DNA from: Antedon mediterranea
Taxonomy: Eukaryota > Animalia > Echinodermata
Reading direction: 5' to 3'
DNA length: 64,000 nt
NCBI RefSeq assembly: GCF_964355755.1
Contig: NC_092679.1
Coordinates: forward strand, 11,701,432 to 11,765,431
The notes below the pieces were generated by a model. The model saw only the letters and a program-made list of their open reading frames with translations, was not told where the DNA came from and did no database searches. Shown one piece after another: positions 37,538 to 48,907 of this stretch. A program made the translations under genes and the position numbers. Numbering within the stretch: position 1 is the stretch's first letter; the number at the start of each line of letters is the position of its first letter.

Positions 37538-39167
37538 CGTGGGTAATTTCCCCGATTAATCGTAATCAAAATGGTACTTGGTTTGGTTTACTAGCGTGCC
37601 TGCTCCCAACCGGTACATCCATTCATAGAAGCCTTAATGAAGTAAGCCTACCTGATCTGAAGTCAAGTTCAATATTGAATATCGAAACGTGGCAGGCTGA
37701 AGGCGCTTGACCTTTGACAAGATCGCCTAAAATTGTTTAGTATATTAACTTTACAATACTTAGTGTTGTATATTCTGGTACAGCCACTCCATAATCTCTT
37801 TGCTTTTCTTCCTCTTACATCTATATTTTTTTAATTTATACCAACAACTATCTTTTTATTAATATTATAATAACTAGAAGGTGAGCTCGCTTCACTCGCT
37901 CTCCCTCTAGGAAGTGTAGACGATGGTTCTCGAAATGATAAAAATGTTCTCCTTGTACGTTTTCTGTCGGTTACCATTAATGAAAATGCTTGACATTCGT
38001 AAAACTAAACTACTCTGTTTCACAGTGTTTTAGATGATTAATAACATTTAAAGTATAGTGTTTGGTAGGGCCCTTTGGGGAGGCAGAGTTCATTTGAGGG
38101 AGGTGCTTATTCGAGGGATATATGTTAATTTTTTTAGTTTTAATAATATGGTAACATTTATAATCAAATGAAATCCTCTAATAGTATGGAAGTGGTAAAA
38201 AGAATAACAAATGCTTGGTGAATTGTAGATAACAGTGATAAATAGTATATTTGTGTTATTATAAATGTGGATGGACGTTTATTAGATAGTTGGGTTGGGG
38301 GGGGGGGGGAATTATTATTCAAAGTGATGTTTTATTGGAGAGGCGTTTATTCAAACAAATACCATCCTAATAATTATTAATACATTATTTAATTTAAACA
38401 TCTTTTGAAACTAGTTGCAGAGTGGGCCCAAGAAAGAATACATTACGGCTTGCAACATGGGCAGAAATCTCGGTCCTAACGGGACACAGATAGCCTACAA
38501 TTATTCCTGCCAGCTTACTCAATAAAACTCAGCTATCGGGAATTCACTCGATTTTAAACAAAATGTCTTATCAATATCATCAAATCTCCCTATGTAATTT
38601 TTAATACTATTTCCCATAATATATTCCGATTTTTTATGGCGTATATTTAATTTGATCTTTATTAATTTGCAGTATAATTTTTATTTTTTAACTACTGTAC
38701 CTTAACACACGCGCGGTCCGTTCCTAAAATAAACAAAAATTTAAATGGCTATGACTAACGGCCAACTTAAGCTCCAGTCCTACTATCTGTTTTTTCTTCC
38801 TTCTTCCAAAGGGACACTGTATTGATTGATGGAAAGTGCCTGTTTCCAGACACCTTTAGGGTCAAATCTATTATTTTAACTGCTCCCTTGTGTATAAAAG
38901 AGAGAAAATAGCTGAAACCAGGTTGTTGCAAGGTGAACCGGGAAATTACTTTGACCGCGAAGAATTGAAATTGAGTTGAAAATCTACTGTTGAAATCATG
39001 AATTTTGTTAAAAAACTCTTTATAATATCTTCCTAAGATAGAAATATGGAACAATAGCGTCGAACTGAAACTAATGGATGTACTGGTTGGGAGCAGGAAC
39101 GCTAGTAGACCAAACCCAGTACTGTTTTGATTACGATCAATCGGGAAATTACCTCACGGCGTCAATG
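37529..39167. mobile_element. Non-autonomous DNA transposon with ~95-bp TIRs (superfamily unclear)
   Basis: CATTGACGCCGTGGGTAATTTCCCGATT...CATCCATT mirrored at about 39073-39167; no TSD recognisable. Confidence 0.7.
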
Positions 39168-39296
39168 ATTTATATATATATATAAGCTCGTTGAGTTTGT
39201 GCACGCATTGTGTTCATAATCAGCGTACCATACGCATACCTGGTTCAGCTTATATATTGTGCCAGTTCTGCGGTACATTTCATTTCGAAACCTGAG

Positions 39297-39341
39297 CTGC
39301 ACTGACGAGATCTAATAAGATCGAAACAGAACTGTCTGCAG
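39297..39341 (+). ncRNA. Intact type I hammerhead ribozyme
   Basis: Stem I CTGCA/TGCAG, core CTGACGA, stem II GATCT-AATA-AGATC, GAAA, stem III CAG-AA-CTG, GTC cleavage triplet (cut after C39336). Confidence 0.85.
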
Positions 39342-39344
39342 ATT

Positions 39345-39379
<35 letters not shown>

Positions 39380-39382
<3 letters not shown>

Positions 39383-39800
39383 CCAAAGGCAAATTACTTA
39401 AAAAAATTACAATGCTGTGGGTATCAGTGGCTGGATCTCAATGGAGATACAAAAAAAGCGGAAGGCTAGATCAAAACGATAAGTAAAACAGCCAGAAAAG
39501 TTAGCAGAGCGTTCGGGCAACACTAGCCCTTCATCAGTGCAAGTGAAGGCATTTGGATAACGTCATTGTATAAGAGCTGGAAAGTGCTGCCTGGGAGGAC
39601 AGGAATAAAAGAAATACAACAAAGGAGGCAGGGTGGAGTCTGAATAAAAGTAGAAAACAAAGAAGGTAGCTTTGTAGAGATATAAACAATTTTGGAATGA
39701 AACTAAAAAACAGCTTAAAGGGTGGTTAATATTGAAACTTAAATTTTGGTAGTCAATGGAATAATTTTACCGATCTGGGAGTTTGTTCCTAATGTTAAGT

Positions 39801-39801
<1 letters not shown>
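39380..39801 (-). mobile_element. Inverted pseudo-LTR of the Penelope-like element, with hammerhead variant at 39501-39542
   Basis: Reverse complement of 41372-41740; flanked by (TA)n; core reads CTGATGA...GAAC. Confidence 0.8.
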
Positions 39802-39843
<42 letters not shown>

Positions 39844-39844
<1 letters not shown>

Positions 39845-40325
39845 AACACAAGAGGCAAAGAACATTAATTCTAAACCGCCCGGTGATATACTGAAATTTT
39901 AATTAATTAATTTGAAACGATAAAGATGAGGAAATCGTTGAGAATGAGAAAAAGTCGCCCCAACCGAGACTCGAACTCGGACCGCCTGCTTGATATGCAG
40001 ATGTCCTAACCATTAGACCACTGGGGCTTTCATGGTATTGTTTGAACTCGATTGGATAACGACTCTTTAACATTCTCGGCGTGGTACGGCGGAACAGCAC
40101 TAGTCCTCAGTTGTACGCACGCGCAACAGAGATCAAATTGATACGCCCTCATCTTTTCAGTATTTTTATTCACGAGGCGGGATCTCCGAAGAGATACTTT
40201 TATATATATATAAACACAAGAGGCAAAGAACATTAATTCTAAACCGCATGGTGATATACTGAAATTTTAATTAATTAATTTGAAACGATAAAGATGAGGA
40301 AATCTGTGAGAATGAGAAAAAGTTG
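39844..40325 (-). repeat. (TA)n-associated ~368-bp repeat carrying a tRNA-like gene (one full and one partial unit)
   Basis: Unit starts AAACACAAGAGGCAAAGAAC at 39844 and 40212; further partial copies at about 18055, 53725 and 63640. Confidence 0.8.
39956..40027 (-). tRNA. tRNA-like cloverleaf with anticodon ATC (Asp-like); repeat-borne, function doubtful
   Basis: GCCCCAG TG GTCT AATGGTTA GGAC A TCTGC ATATCAA GCAGG CGGT CCGAG TTCGAGT CTCGG TTGGGGC G; all four stems pair; followed by ACTTTTT. Confidence 0.55.
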
Positions 40326-40383
40326 ATATATATATATATAAATTTTATATATATATATTTATATATATATATATATATATAAA

Positions 40384-40419
<36 letters not shown>

Positions 40420-40423
<4 letters not shown>

Positions 40424-41740
40424 AATTTACAGCTACCAAATCCACTAGTAGCGTTGATTTTTTGGACACCATAGTGACCATAGAAAATGGTACACTCAAA
40501 ACTGACCTATTCCGTAAACCCACGGATAAAAATATGTACCTGCTCCCTAGCAGTTATCACCCCCGACACTGTACTAAAAACATACCGTACAGTCAAGCAT
40601 TACTTATCAGACGTATCTGTTCTTCAGATTTAGATTTTCAGAATCGTACCGAAGAACTAACCGGACATCTCCGGAAGAGAAATTACAAGAAGGAATACAT
40701 CGAAACTGCTATAAAGAAAGCAAAAAATATTCCTCGATGTCAAACACTGACGTACAAACCACGTTAGCCAAAAAATTCGACCAGAGTGCCATTGGTCACA
40801 ACCTACCACCCTAGGTTGCCTCCATTACGGGCTATTATTGAAAAACATATGCCCATTCTACAGTCCACAGTCTCAGGACTGTTTTTCCGGAACCACCCAT
40901 TATTGCATTTCGTAGACCTCCCAACCTTCGTGATATATTAGTCAGATCCAAATTTAAGAGTGAAATTAACTCTCATGACAGCCAAAATTTGGGCAGTCAC
41001 CTTGCAAAACTTGTTCATTGGTTGATTCTACTGAAAAATTTGAGAGTAACCAAACTGGCCGCATTTTTCGGATAAGACAATCAATTAATTGTCTAACCAA
41101 AAACGTCATTTATCTCATATACTGTAATATTTGTGGCAAACAGTACGTCGGAGAAACAAAAAACACTCTCCGTATGAGAATGACACAACATAGATCAGCT
41201 ATCAAAACTTTAAAGCTTGATCAACCTGTAGCCGAACATTTTAATTCAGCTGGTCACTCGATTGCAAATTTCAGAGTTATTGCAATAGACCACGATGTCA
41301 AATGGAGCGACAAAACTCGCCAAGACAAAGAAAACCACTGGGAATTACTACTTAAAACCTCAAAACCTTTTGGACTTAACATTAGGAACATACTCCCAGA
41401 TCGGTAAAATTATTCCATTGACTACCAAAATTTTAGTTTCAATATTAACCACCATTTAAGCTGTTTTTTAGTCTCATTCCAAAATTGTTTATATCTCTAC
41501 CAAGCTACCTTCTTTGTTTTGCACTCTTATTCAGACTCCACCCTGGCTCCCTTTATTATATTTCTTTTATTCCTGTCCACCCAAGCAGCACTTGCCAGCT
41601 TTATACTATGATGTTATCCAAATTCCTTCACTTGCACTGATGAAGGGCTAGTGTTGCCCGAAAGCTCTGCTAACTTTTCTGGCTGTTTACTTTATCGTTT
41701 TGATTTAGCTTTTCGCTTTTTATTTTTGTATCTCCATTTC
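40420..41740 (+). mobile_element. 5'-truncated Penelope-like element (Neptune-type): RT C-terminus, GIY-YIG endonuclease and pLTR
   Basis: DFLD...TDLFRKPTD...HPRHCTKNIPYSQA..IRRICS (40462-40767); CLTKNVIYLIYCNICGKQYVGET...HF...E..W...PFGLN (41018-41407); flanked by (TA)n. Confidence 0.9.
41632..41673 (+). ncRNA. Minimal type I hammerhead in Penelope pLTR
   Basis: TTGCA-CTGATGA-AGGGC TAGTGTT GCCC-GAAA-GC-TC-TGC; palindromic AGCT in place of stem III. Confidence 0.75.
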
Positions 41741-42298
41741 AAATTATATATATATATATATAACTGACCGAACTGTTTCATTAAAATCGTATAAAAGATA
41801 AAAGAAATTAAAAGAAAATCAGAATAACAAGGGAATATATATTTGGATGAAGTGTAAAAGCATTGTATTGATCATTTGAGAATAAAATGAATAAAATAGT
41901 GGTTAACGCCACAAAAGAGAGAAAAAAAAGTGTTATCGTTGTGATTGATTTAGGATATTACCAACTTCCTATAGAGGGCCGCGGTGTTTTTTTAAGAAAA
42001 ATGAAGTACCTACAAATTGACAAAACTATACTTAAATTGTTTTATAACTCTGTAATTCTCAGTGTAATACTTTTTTGTAATGTTTATTTTTTTTTATTTC
42101 GTATTCTTTCAGTAGGGTAGCCCTCTCAGTAATAAAATAAACTGCTCTTCCGAGGGGCCCTACGGCACATTTAAACAAAATTTGAAAACAACTTAAACTA
42201 AACTTAAACTTAAACTAAACTAAAACTTAAACTAAAACTTAAACTAAAACTAAAATTCAATGCATGTTCTCATTATTATTATAACTTTTATACCATAT

Positions 42299-45225
42299 TT
42301 AAATATATTTCACTGGAACCATCCTAGACCACCGGCAACAATGAATCTTAAGAAGTGATTTAAAACGGTTATAATTGTTTTGTTTTCTTAATTCATAAGG
42401 TAGGCCATTCCAGAGTGAACTTCCATAATAAACAAAACTACGTTTGTATATTTCGAGGTTACATCTGGGCAAATACAACAGATTATTTTCATAGTTTCTG
42501 GTTTGAATATTGTGTACACTACTAATACATTGCAAAACATCACATAAGTATGAAGGTACAGATTCTTGTAAACATCTAAATATTGTACAAATTGTATGAT
42601 ATTCAATTCTTGTCTTAATTGTTAGCCAACCTAAATCATAATGCATTTGTCTAACAGGAGTTCGAATATCAGCACCTAGTATTAATCGTGCAGCTCTATT
42701 TTGTACCCTTTGCAATTTTAAAATATGGGCGTTTGAACCAGTACCCCAGACTGTTGAACAATAGTCAATATGTGATAAAAATAGAGCATTGTGTAATCTT
42801 TTAATAATTTTAGGAGATGTAAAACTTTTCAATCTATAAAATAGATGTAGAATTTTTGATAGTTTTGCACATATAGAATCAATATGTACTTTCCATGAGA
42901 GTTGTTCATCAAATGTAAGTCCCAAATATTTAAACGTCTCAACTTTCTCAATCGGAATGTTATCAAAAATTACTGTTTCATCTGTTGTTTTATTAACACG
43001 TGCATGAGTACCAAAAAGCATGTATTTGGTTTTATCAATGTTTAGAGTTAATTTATGTTTATCTAACCATTGTTTTACATTTTCCAACTGTTCAGTTAAA
43101 ACTGTTGTAAGCTCTTCATTTGATTTACATGCATAAAAAAGCGCAGTGTCGTCTGCATAGAGGACTGTTTTACAAATCCCATCAACACTATCATGTAAGT
43201 CATTTATGTATAAAATAAACAACAAAGGGCCAAGAATTGAGCCTTGTGGTACCCCATAGTTGACATTTAAAATTTCAGATTTTTTTCCATTAAAATTAAC
43301 AAATTGTTAGCGATTTTTTAAATAATTAGGTCAAGAAAAATTGCTCCAGTTACCAAGCCATTATCAATATTTTTATATATATAATTGCATACATCTATCA
43401 GTGTAGTAGAAGTTGAATGTAACGACCTAAAACCAGATTGATTTTTACATAATAAATTAAACTCATTTATCAAAACTTGATTATGGATGCATCTTTCAAA
43501 AACTTTCATAACAATAGGTATAACAGATATTGGACGGTAGTTGTTAAGTTCATGTTTACATCCTCCTTTATAAAGCGGAGTAACCTTAGCACATTTCCAT
43601 TCACTTGGAATAACACCAGATCTTAATGACCAGTTAAACAAAAAGGCAAGACTTTGAGAAATTTGTGAAGATGCAATTTTAAGTAACCTAGCGGAAATCC
43701 CATCAATTCCAGTAGCTTTTCCAATTTCTAACTTTTCCAACAAAGCTTCAATTTCATTTCCACTAATATCTTTAAAGTTGAAACGTTGTTGAAATTGTGA
43801 TAACGATTCAACGGTAATATCATTTTGGTTGTCATTAAAATGGGATGCAAGTTCATTAGAAATTGAACAAAAATATTTATTAAAATGATTAGCAATATCA
43901 GTTGGATTGTTTATTTCATTACCGTTTACATTGAGAGTTGTTTTAGTTTGTTTCTTTTTATTGGGTAAAAAGTCTTTCATGGTTTTCCATAATGTTTTAG
44001 TGTCATTAACATTATCCTTTAATTTATTATTTATATAGTCGCGTTTTAGTGATTTAGACAAATTATTTAATTTATTTCTTGCCTTTTTGTAAGAATTCCA
44101 ATCATCTATGTTCTTAGTTTTTTCGGCTTTTTGTTTTAAATAATCACGGTCACGAGAAAGGGAAACAAATTCGTCTGTAAGCCATGGAATATCAGTTCCC
44201 TTCCTCCTGACCGTCACCATAGGAGCATGAATATCACAAATATCAGTAAAAATGTGTTTCCAAATGTCCCAAGCCTCGTCAGCATCCTCGGACGCCTCAC
44301 AAATACTCCACGGAGCAGATGCAAGATCAGAAATAAACAAATCTTCGTTAAATTTCCGGAAGGTTCTCGTATGTAAAATACGCGGGGGCAATTTTATTTT
44401 AATTTTTTTACGTATTGCATATATCAATGAGTGATCGCTAATTCCAATTGGTACAACTCCAGTTTTGCTTATAAAGTCATCCCTATTTGAAAAAATTAAA
44501 TCAATACAACTACTACTGTTTTCCGTTACGCGCGTTGGAGTTTTAATATACTGGTTTAATTGGAAAATTTGGTGGAGGGTTTTAATGTTCCGAGAATGCT
44601 GTTTATCAAACATATTCCAATTTAAGTCACCAACAACAATAATCTCTCTTATACTATCTAGTATAAAAGATATTTGATCATGCATTATATCAACAAATCC
44701 AGTACACAAATTTGGTGGTCTATAAACATTACCTATAACGAACGGTTTAGTGTTAACCGGCTTAATTTTTATCCATACCGATTCAATTGTATTTTCACCA
44801 AAGTCAATGACATCAAAATCAACATTTTCGTTTACATAGATAGCCACCCCACCTCCGTGTCTATTTCTGTCTGTTCTAACTAATAAGTATCCTGGGATTG
44901 CAAGTTCACTATTATGTATATTTTGATCTAGCCAGGTTTCACTAATTCCTAAAACATGGAAACGGCATTCCGAAAGTAAACTCCGAACATGGTCCACCTT
45001 ATTATAGAGACTTCTGACATTTAAATGACCAATTTTAAAACCCTTTGTACAATCAATCTCGCATAATTTGCATAGTATGCCAAAAGCAGGATAAACAATA
45101 GAGTCGTTACGTAATTCAGCGTCGTCTACGTCGTTGTCTAAAAGGCTTCCCGTACGATGTTCGTTTAACAATTGAATTGGTTTAAATGGTTTATTACATG
45201 CGTTACAAATAAAATCTAAAATCAT
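42299..45225 (-). pseudogene. LINE ORF2 (APE endonuclease + RT), broken by a deletion near 43320
   Basis: GHLNVRSL, ISETWL, GDLN, CIDLI, ISDH, NYRPIS, QSGFR, GVPQGSILGP, YADD; the KAFD segment between FLDL and YLKNR is missing, plus a stop. Confidence 0.9.
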
Positions 45226-45279
45226 CTTATCTACATAAAATACAATACAAATTTAGGACATTTAAAATTCTCTTACACA

Positions 45280-46065
45280 TTACCTTTTACATTTAGGTAA
45301 TTGTTTAAGATCGAAAGTTCTGAATAAAACAACTTTCTCGTTACTGCCAGTGATTATGGTATGTGTGCGACCATCTTGTGTCCAAACTGCAGATACCACT
45401 GATGCATAGTTTTGCTTTACAGTACGTAGTAAACTTGATCTTTTGCTCGTAAGGTTTTCATGAATGTAGATATGGCTCCCCTTTAATTTTTTCTTTGCTC
45501 TATATACTTCATTTCTAACATTATACGAACTAAACTTTACTATTATTCCTCTTGCTCTTCCGTTTTTCTTAACTTTTGGCCCCAATCTATGACTCCTGTC
45601 TATGCATGTTTTATCTACTTCTACGCTTAGCTTTTTCTTAAACAAATCCAAAACTATATTGTCTGTTATCTCACCTTGTTTCTCTTCTATTCCTTTAATA
45701 ATCAAACAGTTCCTTCTTGAATATTGTTCTGCTTCATCTAGCTCATTTTGTAAGTTCTCTACCTGTTGTTCTACTTTGCTGAGACGATCTTTAGTATCGT
45801 CAAGTTCGAAACGTATTGCTTCAATTGCTGCATCCGTTACAATTTGTGTAATGCTTTCAATCAGCTGGTGTTTAACAATGCTCGCAATTTTCTCGGCTAG
45901 GTCATTGAAAATACTCGTATTTCCTTTAATTATATTGGAAATTTCATTTTGTACAGTAATAGTAAGCGGTTCCACATCAATGATAGGTGCTGTATCAGTG
46001 TTCAGTTCGCAACACTCCTTACCGCTGTCCTTTTTACCACCTTTCATTGTATTCTTTCCGGCCAT
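45280..46065 (-). CDS. LINE ORF1 protein (coiled coil + RRM-like), 261 aa, intact
   Basis: EQYSRRNCLIIKGIEE, IDRSHRLG, RGIIVKF, IHENLT, WTQDG motifs of L2/CR1-group ORF1. Confidence 0.85.
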   Translation of the reverse strand: MAGKNTMKGGKKDSGKECCELNTDTAPIIDVEPLTITVQNEISNIIKGNTSIFNDLAEKIASIVKHQLIESITQIVTDAAIEAIRFELDDTKDRLSKVEQQVENLQNELDEAEQYSRRNCLIIKGIEEKQGEITDNIVLDLFKKKLSVEVDKTCIDRSHRLGPKVKKNGRARGIIVKFSSYNVRNEVYRAKKKLKGSHIYIHENLTSKRSSLLRTVKQNYASVVSAVWTQDGRTHTIITGSNEKVVLFRTFDLKQLPKCKR

Positions 46066-48639
46066 GATGGTGTATTAATACGTACATGTACAGCAGACAA
46101 ACACCGGCAAGTAAATGCTAGGCTACAGGAGTGCCCTAACTCAACAACTGTCCTGCGGGAAATTTGAACTGTCACCGCGTAGTGAGGCTGAATGTAGTGA
46201 GGCTAGAGAGAGCGATTTAGTACACGTCTGCTCTTAACGACGACTACACTATAGTATAGTATTGTTTGTACAGTGCGCCACCATGCGCCTTATCGAGGGA
46301 CATTGTTTTTCTCTTGAGTTAGTTTTGTTCGTGTTATATAGTCGGTTGAAATTATATTCGTTTATACTTTAATAAAGTGTTCATATCTTCATAAAGTAGT
46401 AGTGTCTTTATTGCCGTGGTGGAAGCGCATTACCCACGACCGCTAAATCGCTTCAATAAACAGAAGACAGAGACACTTCATACCTTTATAAATCACTGAA
46501 CATTTTTTCCGCCCGCTAGGCTACCGGACTCGACCTCGAAGTCTAGCTCGCATTATATAAACGTAGTCTTTCTTTAGGTAAAAGTGTATGTGATTACCTT
46601 CTTACTAACTCAAACAACTTTAAACTAATATCTTATTTAAGGATTGATGACCGTGTTGAATCTGATCATATGCCAATTGCCTTTAGTATTCAATTCAAAG
46701 ACAAAGAACACACTAAATTGATTGTCAATGAAGATGACACGTTTACCCAGAGTACGTTCAAATGGTCCAACAGTTAAATTAATGCATCCAAAGTCAGATG
46801 GGAACATGATGTCATTGAAACTATTGATAATGATTTTATGAATGCTATCTCTCAAAATAAAATTGATGAGGCAGTTTCACATTTATGTAAAATTTTTGAA
46901 TACGTATGTAAAGGAATTAAGTATACACAAACAAGTAAATCTTCAACTTCTACAAAACGAAACGAATGGTTTGATAAAGATTGTAAGGAACTTAAAATGC
47001 AGGTTAAAGAATCATTAAAGAGATCTAGAATTATGCGCACTCAACCTTTTTTAAATAATTATATTCAGATAAAAAAGCAATATAAATCGCTGTTAAAATG
47101 CAAAAAAAAATTAACTTTCATAAAAAAATACGCAAACAAATTATCGATGCACTCAATACAAAGGATAGCAAAACGTTTTGGATGAAGTTGAAGACAAAAC
47201 AGAAATTATCTTGTGAACTTTCTATTAATAAATGACTTATTCATTTTAAGAACCTATTTAAAAACGATGAGTCTATTGTTAGCTTTGAGTTGCGAAAAAT
47301 CACAGAATGCCAACAGAATGAGGACAATGATAATTTAAACCATGACATAACGTTGGATGAAATAAATAGAGCATTTAATTCTCAAAATAGTGGAAAAGCT
47401 CCCGGCATTGATGGAATGAATTTTGAATTCTTGCTAAACGCCCCCAACATTATTTTTGATATTTTAAACATTCTTTTTAACGCTATATTTTTAGTTGGAA
47501 AATTTCCCAAACAATGGGCAACAAGCTTAATTTACATATTCTAAATTCTAGGTTAACACAATTTACAAATAGCAAAAAGTTAATTCATGAGGAACAAGCA
47601 GGCTTTCGTAAGGGATATAGAACGACAGATAATATATTCATTTTAGATACCGTCATCTCTAAATACTTAGATAAAAAGCGGGGTAGGATTGTTGTTTGTT
47701 TTGTTGATCTTAAACGTGCCTTTGACTCTATAAATCATACACTTTTACTACATAAGCTGAAACATATCGGTGTATCAGGCAGAATGTTAAACATAATACA
47801 TTCCTTATACCAAAACTTATCTGCTCATGTTAAAATTGGCAACAAACTTAGTCCATCTTTTAATTGTTCGATTGGAGTACAACAAGGTTCTCCGTTGTCG
47901 TCCTTACTCTTTAATATTTACATTAATGATTTGAGTGGTATACTTAATCAGGTAAACGATTTCATTCAAATTGGATATTGTCATATGAATCATCTTCTTT
48001 ATGCAGATGACTTAGTGCTTGTTAGTGATACGGTGAAAGGTCTCCAAAAATTAATAAATAAACTTGAACTTTATTGTGATACTTGGAAACTTACTGTAAA
48101 CACTACAAAATCCAAAATTATGGTTTTTAAAAATGGCCGCAATTTAAGGAACATTGAGAAATGGAAGTATAAAAATATTCAATTAAAAATTGTTAATTCG
48201 TATAATTATCTTGGTGTTATTTTCAGTTCAAATGGTGCATGGAACAACTCAATGCAACATAATCAACAAAAAGCAAATCAAAGTTTATTCTGCTTAAAAT
48301 CATTTATTTATCGTAAATTATCTTTACTTCCAATTAATTAATGGAACCATATTTTTGATGTGAAAATACTTACTATTTTAACGTATGGAAGCGAAATCTG
48401 GGGAATGTTAAATAGCACAAACATTGAAAAAACACATATTTATTGCAAGTTGGGAAAAATGCACCAAATCCCGCTATTTCTTCTGAGTTAGTTAGATTAC
48501 CACTTACAGTTGTTATAAGATTTTGGTTACATATTATTACTTTAGATCATGACAGATTCATTTTTAAGTGTTATGAGTTTCAACTTAGAAAAGTTAACCG
48601 TAATGAGAATTGTTGGGCACAACAGGTCAAACACTTACT

Positions 48640-48822
48640 TTTTAGTCGCGTGGACGCGACTCAATAGTTCACTATGTCGGTCGGTCTGTCGGTCTGTCTG
48701 TCGGTCCGGTATCACTATGCGTTTTATCGCTTTTCTGTACTTTTTTAACTGTTTTGATGTACATTACTTTTTGAAAGTTCATTTTTTTCTGAGAACACGC
48801 GACTTATGGCTGTTGGCCTTGT
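48640..48822 (+). mobile_element. Complete short HINE (Helentron non-autonomous)
   Basis: AGTCGCGTG subTIR with adjacent inverted repeat, GTCK microsatellite, 3' CACGCGACT plus GGC..GCC hairpin; inserted in a T-run, splitting LINE codons HLLF|STGFGYIW. Confidence 0.85.
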
Positions 48823-48907
48823 TTCTACTGGTTTTGGTTATATATGGTTACAACAATGTATTAATAGTAAAGGTTTATTTTTGAGAGAATTTAAGTTGCG
48901 CATATGT

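Larger units (their letters stand above)
42084..46235 (-). mobile_element. Near full-length L2/Crack-type LINE
   Basis: ORF1 plus APE-RT ORF2; 3' UTR stem-loop GGGCCCC...CAG...CTG...CCCT and A-rich tail; 5' end between about 46140 and 46235. Confidence 0.9.

Noticed and set aside
38767-39054. 95-aa ORF inside the TIR element as a possible transposase or THAP remnant
   Set aside because: No C2CH or DDE motifs seen.
40085-40120. CTGAGGA on the minus strand upstream of the tRNA-like unit as a hammerhead core
   Set aside because: No properly placed GAAA or stem II.
41985-42083. FLRKMKYLQIDKTILKLFYNSVI Rex1-like LINE scrap (ORF 41887-42120)
   Set aside because: Only ~30 codons; a TE remnant, not a host gene.
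45602-46078. 158-aa plus-strand ORF and the similar ORFs at 57161-58972 and 62209-63334
   Set aside because: Antisense shadows of TE coding frames.
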